A DNA stretch of 64,000 nt from Octopus sinensis (Eukaryota): contig NC_042998.1 in NCBI RefSeq assembly GCF_006345805.1, positions 121,892,001 to 121,956,000 on the forward strand, read 5' to 3'. The position numbers were made by a program, and so were the translations under genes. This document shows positions 55,137-64,000 of this stretch, piece by piece; the first letter of the stretch is position 1; each line of letters opens with the position of its first letter. Below the pieces are notes generated by a model that worked only from the letters and a program-made list of their open reading frames with translations, searched no databases and was not told the DNA's origin.

Positions 55137-55280
55137 GATGGTGATGATGAGGATGATAATGATGATGTATGGATTGATTAATGATCTGAGCATGTGTGGT
55201 TTACACTGATAAGTACCTACCTGATTACACCAATGTTATCTGTTTTTCTGTATTGTTCCCTATACCCATATTGGATGGAG
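54135..55280 (+). repeat. Two diverged direct copies of a ~240-bp unit
   Basis: ~54135-54370 and ~55010-55280 share TATCTATTTAT...ATTTGTT...GAGCA...TAGCTTT.TTTGATGT.TGAGCA...(GAT)n...TTGATTAAT...GGTTTAC. Confidence 0.7.
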
Positions 55281-55618
55281 AAACATAACTTCTTTTACTG
55301 ATGGGAAGGAAATTCAATAAGGAAAACGTGCAATCTGATTAAATCTATGATAGGGTAAAAATTGTTCCTTCCAGCACAAGATGATTCTTCATGCTAAAAC
55401 CTTTCTAGAAAAACATACTACTCTGATATAACACTGATAAATGAGAGATATCTCTTTATACTCTAATATAACATTTCTAGTTACACAACGCAGTATAAAT
55501 ACACTTAGTTCTGTCTTCTAGTGACTGATGACAGGAAGGACATCTATAGTCATAAGATCCCAACCAAATCAAGCATTAATACAGAACATCAAGATTAGTA
55601 CACACATGCACACACATG

Positions 55619-55662
<44 letters not shown>

Positions 55663-56006
55663 GAGTCAAGAAGTATGGTGTCACAAACCCAGCCAAATTA
55701 TGCCAGCATGAAAAATCAGATTTTAAAAAAATGATGATAACGATGATGATGATGAAGAGATAGTAGAGGTCTTTGATCTTGTTCTGATCATGTACATTTA
55801 CCATCAAAGGTACTCCAGTAATGATCAACCGGCTTTTTTTTCAGACATATTGCACTCAGTACTACACTAACCGCTATATCTCCTCTCTTAAAACAGTAGG
55901 GTGTGATTGAAGGTTGATTTGGCCGCTATTTTTGGTAGGTTGAGTTGACTAAATGGAGGTTCTCCCATGGATGTAAGGAGAGGAGATATATATATATATA
56001 TATATC

Positions 56007-56317
56007 TGTGCCGGTGGCACATAAAAAGCACCATCCGAACGTGGCCGATGCCAGCGCCGCCTTGGCTGGCTTCCGTGCCGGTGGCACGTTAAAAGCACCA
56101 ACCGATCGTGGCTGATGCCAGACCCCGCTGGCACCTGTGCAGGTGGCACGTAAAAAGCACCCACTACACTCGCGGAGTGGTTGGCGTTAGGAAGGGCATC
56201 CAGCTGTAGAAACACTGCCAGACTGGAGCCTGGTGCAGCCCCTGGCTTCCCAGATCCCGGTCGAACCGTCCAACCCGTGCTAGCACGGAAAATAGACGTA
56301 TGATGATGATGATGATG
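56007..56317 (+). mobile_element. Family B RTE-type 3' tail, young CpG-rich copy with three tandem modules, inserted in (TA)n
   Basis: Modules at 56007-56032, 56074-56099 and 56136-56161; GGCGTTAGGAAGGGCATCC; palindrome CCGTGCTAGCACGG (56275-56288); (GAT)n tail. Confidence 0.9.
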
Positions 56318-57807
56318 ATATATATACACACATACATACATACATTACATATATATATTGTGGAGGAAGTAGAGAAATATTAATAACAAAATAGATCGCA
56401 ATTGTGTCTGTACCCCCAGCATGGCATAGGTTAAATGATGAAGTGAATACTGGATGATACCAAAACAACTTGGCCTTTAGTATAGTGATGAAAAGGACAA
56501 CCCCACAACAGCGACCCACCACTCAGATATTTCTCTATCATAGATCTGAATAAGTAGAAATGACCTAGATATTTTATAATCACTTAAATTTATAATTACA
56601 ACTTTTAATTCCTTTACCCTATTCTACTGTTTCATCCCAATACCAAACAGAACAACACATCAACTAGTATTTTTACTGTTTTATTCCTTCACTTAGTAAA
56701 CAACAGCAATTACAATTAAACAATAACTTCAGCCAACCATTACAAAGTCTAAAGTTATGAAGGACAAAGAAACAAAAAAGATCTGTGGACACAGTCTCTT
56801 CCTTCCTCCTCTTACCACTGTCGCCACCACCACCACCTCCACCAACACTACACCACCACCACTACTAATGTGAATGCATACAACTATGAAGTACTTAGTT
56901 GCACCCGCATGTCCACACACACACACACTCACTCTTACAGAGTTTTGGTGCAAACCTAGAATATAAATAAAAAATTATTGACAGAAAAGAAGCTTCCCCA
57001 TTCATAATAATAATGGCAATTATCATCATCATAATTATCATAGTCATCATCAACATCAGAAACACAAACATAATATGGCAAGGTGCCGAAATCTGTTATT
57101 GCATGCTAACTACAGGGGTTTGTTTGCTCATTGCGAAACGGAAATAAAAGAGATGCTTCATTGATGTACTGAATTGTTACATGCTATTCACAACTGAGTG
57201 AGTGGGGAAAATCATAGACCAAGAACAATAGCCCCACCCATATACCCCATCCATGTCAGATTGTACTAAGAAATATAAAAAGTTTAGGAGAAATTATTTA
57301 ATTAACATGAATTCCACATGTAAAAGAGAACTTAGAGGAAAGAATATACACAATTATTAATAAGTTTTCTTTTTGAATGACGCAGGGTAAAGAAGTAGAC
57401 TTTTTGTCTGAAACTGCCAAAGGTTTTGAAGTAAAAGACAAACCATTTAATCATAAATATAAGAAACAAGTTTGGTGAATCAAAGGATAAAAATGAAGCT
57501 ACTTGGCATATAATAGTACTTTTGCAGTAAGAATGGCTTTCTGATTAGAAGCCTATTGTGAAGGGTTTTGTAGCAGGTTAAAAGGCAGAATGTATGTTAT
57601 GGCAATAAAATATTGGATACAAATAGTTGTTAACAGCAATCACTGATTCTGAAGCTGGCTGGTAGGATAGTAGAAGTAACTTCAGAAGATGTTTTCTTCA
57701 GTACTCAAAGACAGCAGTAAAACGCCATCACAATTATAAAGCTTATAAGACTGAATAAAAACTACCAGTGATATATAACACTTCATACATTCGTTTAATG
57801 GCTTTAG

Positions 57808-57873
57808 AGAAGAAAGGACGACACCCATGACCCCTTGCAGAGCTTCCAAGTATGATAGGAGAGTAAATGCAGG
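57808..57873 (+). CDS. Candidate internal exon (66 nt, phase 2-2), unidentified
   Basis: Acceptor ...aatggctttag| and consensus donor AGG|gtaagt. Single open frame (x)EERTTPMTPCRASKYDRRVNA(G). Confidence 0.25.
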
Positions 57874-58334
57874 GTAAGTTGTCCTTTGACAAGATATCTG
57901 ACTTGAATGCTTGAACAGAATGAATTCCATGAGAGCTCAAGGGTTGGTGTAAAACCAGGCAACACATTTAAATTTTCTATCTAAATTGGATAAAAAGAAA
58001 TTAACAGCACTCAAGGGAGCCTTTGTTGCCATGTGACATAGCAGCCAAGTCTCTCAAATCACACTCTATGTCTAAAACTATTGAGGAAAAAATACAGGTT
58101 GATCCCAGCTGTAAAAGCTTTTTATTATAGCTAGCTCATTCAGATCCCACTCAAGGACAAGCAAATTAAATTACCCTAAACAAAGTCTCCCCTGGCCCCA
58201 ACTTAATCTAAATGTAAATCAAGAATTGAATTAGACTAAATACATGTTGCTACCAAAAGAGAGATTAAAACACAACATTAAATTAAAGAATAATTATTAT
58301 AGACCTATAAGAATAAAACTAAATATAAAATCAC

Positions 58335-58480
58335 TAACAATATATAACAGCTAAATTTAACTGAATGAAAACTAGCAACAATATATAACAGTTGAATTAA
58401 ACTTAATGAAAGCCAGCAACAATATATAACAGATGAATTAAACTGAACAATGACCAGCAACACTATATAACAGTTAAATA
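58335..58480. repeat. 41-bp minisatellite, about 3.5 copies
   Basis: Unit approximately CAACAATATATAACAGTTGAATTAAACTGAATGAAAGCCAG. Confidence 0.9.
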
Positions 58481-59994
58481 AAGACTCATAAGAAATCTGT
58501 TACAATCAGATTGAAATTAAACAAAGGCATCAGTACTCACTCTCTAACTAATAGAGGTCAAACAATTGACCCTATTTATCACATTCTCATGAAATAAATA
58601 TTGATTGATTGATTGGTAGAACAAGATTAATTTTATCAGTGAAGTATGTTTTAGGAAAATCTTCAATGGGATTTGAATTCAAAGTATTCTACACAGACTG
58701 GACTTTTGTGGCACTGAAAATGAAAACTGAGTTGTAGAGGTAGATGTTATAGTGCTAGTGTTTAATGGTCATTCTTATTTATTTATAATCTTATTTGCCA
58801 GTAGAGTAGAAAATGAGATATTTTTCAGTGGTTAGAGATTTGTCTTTTCAGTTTTCCTAAACTGCTTCTGAATGTTTAGAAAGTTGGTTAACCACTTGGA
58901 CATCAAGTAAACATTCAGAAAACTACTCTTTAAATCCAAGATATTTCTCCACTGGATTTTCAAATAAACAGAAAGTTCAATTTCTATATAAGGACTGAAA
59001 AATTTTCTTCTGTAACTGGGTTCAATGATTCCCATTTTTGGAAGCATTGTAAAAAGCTTGTTGAGATAAAATCCTTCACTGAGAAACAGTGCAGCAGAGA
59101 ATAGAGCAGATTTTGCAAAATATTTGGTGAAACCATCCACGAGGATTCATTTTATCAGTGTAGATTCAATAGAGTATTAATTAATCTGACCTTTATCATA
59201 GAAAAATGATTTAGGAAAAAAAAAAAAAAAAGAAAATAGAAAATATATAGTGTAAAGCTAAATATTTGAGATTAGAAAGGACTTTTCTCTTCATAATAAT
59301 CCTCCTCCTCATAAGCATCCCAACTATCATGATCTCGCTCATCTCCCCACCTCCCATTCACTCCTACCACAAACTGAAGATCAATATTACTCAAGATTTA
59401 AATAGTTCAATGCCCAGAAAACTAAGTTCAAATAAAACATACACACACGCAGACAGCACACACACACACACATACATACACACACACAGTGCATGCACAC
59501 ACACAGACAGTGCATGCACACACATACACACACACATATACACACAGACAGTGCGTGCACACACACACACATACAGACAGTGCACGCACACACACATACA
59601 GACAGTGCACACACACACACACACACACACAAAGAGTCTAAGACAAGAAGACAAGAAATATCACAAATGAAGAAATTGAATTCTCTTTTATAAATAGCTT
59701 GTTATTTCATTTAGTGAATTCGATTGTAAAGAACTGACTTCTGTAAAGAGTTCAAAGACATGCAACTGAACTTTCACAGTCCCTCCCATACAACAATGAT
59801 CTTTATGAGGGTCAACAAATAACGAACTTCTCAAAAAGATTCCATTGTAAACACAGTGAAGGGTAGTGACAAAGAAACTTTGAAAACTACTACATGGAAA
59901 GTGAGCTTCACAGACGCGTTCTACGAATTCCGATATTCGATTTGAAGGAATAAGAAAAAAAGAACCAAAAATAAAAACAGAAAAAAAAACAAAC

Positions 59995-60652
59995 AAAATT
60001 TTTCTTGTGAAAGGTCAAGTAGCATAATATATAAAAATCTTTGACTTTATTTAATGAAATAACATTTTTAAATGTTGCAGAGATGTGATATAGCTAACAT
60101 ATTGATAAAAAGATATACAGTGGCATTATATAAATATATTGATGTCATCATCATTTGAAATATAATATTGATATAACATATTGATACTAACATATTGATG
60201 TGATGTAACTAATATATTGGTTTCTGAGAATCAACACTATATGACATACTCAAAAACAATAGATATTTTACTTGTGACAAGTGAAGTGGAATAATGTATG
60301 AAAATCATCACTTTCATTTAAGGAAACAATATTTTAAATACTGGAGTGATGTCATATAACCAATATATTAATAAAAAATGACAGTGATACGATGATACAA
60401 ATTAATGTGATACATACAAGTATTATGTGTGTGTGTGTGTGTGTATGCAAACATACACACACACACATATAATTTGTATCATCGTATCACTGTCATTTTT
60501 TATTAATGTGTGTATGTGTGTGTGTGTATATGCACACACACACAGTATAGTTGTAAAGCAGCTTGATGTGATGCCAACACATTAGTTAGATGCAAACTCA
60601 TTATTTCTTGAAACCAAGGATTTCAATAGTGTATGAGACACCAAAAAACAAT

Positions 60653-60686
<34 letters not shown>

Positions 60687-60850
60687 TTTCTTTCTTGTGA
60701 AATGTCAAGTAGAATAATGTAGAATAATAACAAAAAAACAAAACAAAATCAACAATTTTCTTTAAAGAAATAACATTTTCAATGTTGGAGTGACGTAATA
60801 TAACTAAAATATTAAGAAAAGACATACTGATGTGATATATCGATTTCTTA
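59995..60850. repeat. Three diverged tandem copies of an AT-rich unit, with an internal inverted duplication
   Basis: CTTGTGA(A/C)A.GT.AAGT.G.ATAAT...A.ATTTT.AAT...G.AGTGA at ~60003, 60270 and 60692; perfect 38-bp inverted repeat at 60366-60404/60470-60507. Confidence 0.75.
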
Positions 60851-62064
60851 CATTGGCCTAAAGCCACAAATTTATAGGGAAGGATATAGAGAATTGAATT
60901 GGCCTCCAGTATACTACTAGTACATCTTATTTACATTTACTCCAGAGAGATGAAAAACAAAGTCAATCATGGTGGAATATGTGAAAAAATGCAAATAGTC
61001 CCCAAAAGGATACTTGTTTGGTACTCTACCAATTTGTCAGGTACTTTCCAAATGTATCAGGTGCTCTACCAGTTTGTTTATCAATCAACTAATTTGCATG
61101 TTCCTCTACTGATTCTGTCATCTTGCATTCTGTTTAATGCTCCACAGTATATTTGTAGTTTATATGAGGAAGGGATATTTAAATAGAAGAAGAATAATTT
61201 AATAGTTTGGCTTTATTAATCAATAAACTAGTGTTTAAACTTCAAATGCTGAATAAATTTATTTTATGTGTTAACATTAGAATGGGTTTCACCACTCTCC
61301 TTTGGTTACAGAATATACAGGAGTGGTACTAACATACTGGCATACTGTTAATCTACTATGAAGGACCACAATGAGTGGTGAGGTGCCTGAAGACCCATAT
61401 AGATATATAATCATCATTATTGTTAAATCTCTGTTTTTCTAGCCATGTGCCTCCTATATAGTAAGACGCCTCTGCTTGTCTCTCTAGCTATCACACTTTA
61501 GTCTTTCAGCATCTGGCACCTAATCACCTATAACTCTCTAATACTTCATCCCTGCACTTAGTAGTGGGAGCTTTTTATTTTTCCTCTTAGTGTTGGTGGC
61601 ATGGAAAAAGCACTCAATACACACACACACATACAAGCACATGTATGCACTTGTATGAAGTTAATATTCCACTCTATCAGCAGTCAAAAATTCTTGTTTG
61701 ATAGGGTCCTTCAGGCAATAAAAATGTCACCAATGCTGTGCAATATGTATTAAGTATTGTTCCTCTTGTTTGTTATACTAAACATCCCACCCCATACTCA
61801 TATAAATACACACACACACACGTATATAAGTGTATGTAAAGTGTACTAGGTATGGATATCTCAACTAAAGAGAAAACTCAATAACAGGGTCTGAAGATCA
61901 AGGGTAAAAAACTAATGATAGTCCAGATATTAACCTGTATTCCTTTAGAGATACAAATGCATTTCTCTACACTTCTGTATTGAGCGGTATAAAACTTTTG
62001 AAATTATTTAACTTGCATGATATGATGTTTTATATATAAAAATATATATATATATATATATACT

Positions 62065-62400
62065 ATTATCAAACCCAAACTGTTATATTTAATTATTTGT
62101 CATGCTGGACTGCTGAAATCTACAAGTTTTTTTCATTCTCTCTCTGTTTATTTTCTCTTATTCCTTTCTAACCTTCCCAAGTGTCAAACTATTACACTTG
62201 CTTGTTGTTGTTCATACACCTGCCTTCGTCTTTAGTTTTTCTATAAATTTCAACTAATATCTCTTTGCAACTCCTACTGATCATTCTTTCCTTCCTTTAC
62301 TAAATGTGAATAAACTTGCAACTCTTCTACAAGAACCTGCTCTGCACACCATTTCCCACATACTTATTTAACCCTTCATTTCCCTAGCATGAAACTGATT
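62065..62400 (+). mobile_element. Probable Penelope-like pLTR-family fragment lacking the ribozyme segment
   Basis: CTGCTGAAAT...TTCCC.AGTGTC...TA.TACACTT..TTGTT..TCATACACC partly resembles the minus-strand sequence around 47290-47430; family assignment partly from recall. Confidence 0.35.
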
Positions 62401-62469
62401 CCCTCCCTTGGGGTTGGTTGTCTTGCAAGCTGCATGGCAACCCCAAAAGGAACTGTAAATCCAGAGTTG

Positions 62470-63183
62470 ACATCTGCTCTTCTCTCCATTCTTGTGAACT
62501 CATTTCACCCTTTTTGGATAGACTTGTGACTGGTGATGGAAAATGGATCTTCTATCGAAATGTTAAACGTCATAAACAGTAGCTTGGTAAAAGGGAAAAA
62601 GCTCAATCACAACTGAGAAGGGAACTTCATGGAAAAAAGGTTCTTCTCTCTATCTGGTGGGATTGCAAAGGAGTTAATTCACTTTGAATTGTAACCACCA
62701 AATGCAACGATCAATGCTCAAGTCTACTGTCAGCAATTAGAGTGTTTGAACCAAGCTTTGATGGAAAAAAGACCCGCTTTAGTGAATCGAAAAGGAGTGA
62801 TGTTCCATCAGGACAATGTGCAATCCCACACTGCAAAGATCACATCACTGAAGATCAAAGAGCTTGGTTTGGAAAAAATTCCTCATCCACCTTATTCTCC
62901 CGACCTTGCTCCTTGAGACTACCATTTGTTTCGTAGTTTACAGAATCATTTGGGGGAGATAACTTTTGCAAACCAGGAGGAGGTCGAAACTGAGATTTCA
63001 GAGTTCTTCACTTTGAAACCAAAAGGGTTTTACATTGAAGGGATTAAAAAGCTTGTAAATAGATGGAAGGAAGTTCTAGATAATGAGGGACAGTACATTG
63101 ATAATTAAATTTCAATTAAATATAACATTTGATCACTTGTTTTCTTTATTCAAAATTTGGATGGAACTTACGGGATGACCTGA
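62470..63183 (+). mobile_element. 5'-truncated mariner (DD34D) transposon
   Basis: FLDRLVTGDGKWIFY...KKVLLSIWWD...FHQDNVQSH...HPPYSPDLAP*DYHLFRSLQNHL...GIKKLVNRWKEVLDNEGQYIDN* with exact D(34)D spacing; right TIR CTTACGGGATGACCTGA followed by TA. Stops and a frameshift. Confidence 0.92.
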
Positions 63184-64000
63184 TATATCATTCCAGCAGG
63201 AAATCAGATTGGTATTACAATCCTTTTTATTCTCATATAATGAATTAAAGTAGCCATGGGGTGGAAAGCACATTCTCTGACAAAATGATGAAAAAATAGA
63301 AGAAAATCAAACGGAGACCACTCAGAATTTATTGAAAAAATGTAATAAAAACACAGTTTCTTTATGACTTTTCTGTCATATCTCAAATGATTCAATTTTC
63401 TATTGTATTCTTGTGTATTTCAGAGAATAAATATTTTCTTGCTAATAAGATGGTCAAACTTATTCCACTCCTACTTTTGCTGTTTAGGTTAACAATCAAG
63501 TACCAATATTAAAGATTTGAAGAGATCATAGTTCACCAGACAATCAGTGGTTCCCATCTTGTCACAATAACTCAAGTTATTGGTGACAGTCAGTGGAAAA
63601 GACAGTTATTTATATTTATTTTATGTCATGCATTCTGTGAACAAAAGAGTTATTGGTTGCACGTTTCAAACAGGCCAATCAATTATTCACTGCATAAGAG
63701 AGAGAGAGGGGGGGAGAGAGAGGGGTAGGGAGAGAGAGAGAGGTGAGAGAAGGGAATCCCTGTACAACTTGACCTGAATAAATACAAGATATGTTTTCTT
63801 TCAATTCACTTATTTATGGGAAATTTTTAGCTGATGTAATATATCTTTCATTAGTCTGTATGTGTATATTTCTATATAAATGTTTATACATACAGACACA
63901 CACAGCCACACACACAGACATAGAATCATACATACACACACATACTCTCATCATCATCATCATCATCATCCTCATTTTACATCTGCTTTCCAAGCTGGCA

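Noticed and set aside
58335-58480. CRISPR-like array
   Set aside because: Contiguous 41-bp tandem units with no unique spacers, no cas genes, and a eukaryotic context.

Overview
AT-rich, microsatellite-dense eukaryotic genomic DNA. The repeat content is most consistent with a cephalopod (Octopus-like) genome; this is inferred from recalled repeat families, not from a database search. No rRNA, intact tRNA, CRISPR array or complete protein-coding gene can be supported, and almost all ORFs in the supplied track are microsatellite or repeat artefacts. The window holds decayed transposons: an internally deleted Tigger/pogo element, a Tc1 DD34E copy, a mariner DD34D copy and a mariner MITE, several RTE-type LINE fragments, two R4/Dong-like endonuclease fragments, Penelope-like (GIY-YIG/pLTR) remnants and several tRNA-derived SINE families. 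A few isolated splice-bounded open segments may be exons of a large-intron host gene that I cannot identify. The most notable signals are RNA-structural: an apparently intact minimal type I hammerhead ribozyme (88-128) inside a foldback element, a second hammerhead with a ~100-nt stem II (52221-52353), a decayed third copy (47345-47379), four foldback elements carrying only the 3' half of a hammerhead, and tandem modules in the RTE/SINE 3' tail that can fold as compact H-type pseudoknots. Repeat boundaries are approximate unless TIRs or TSDs are quoted.
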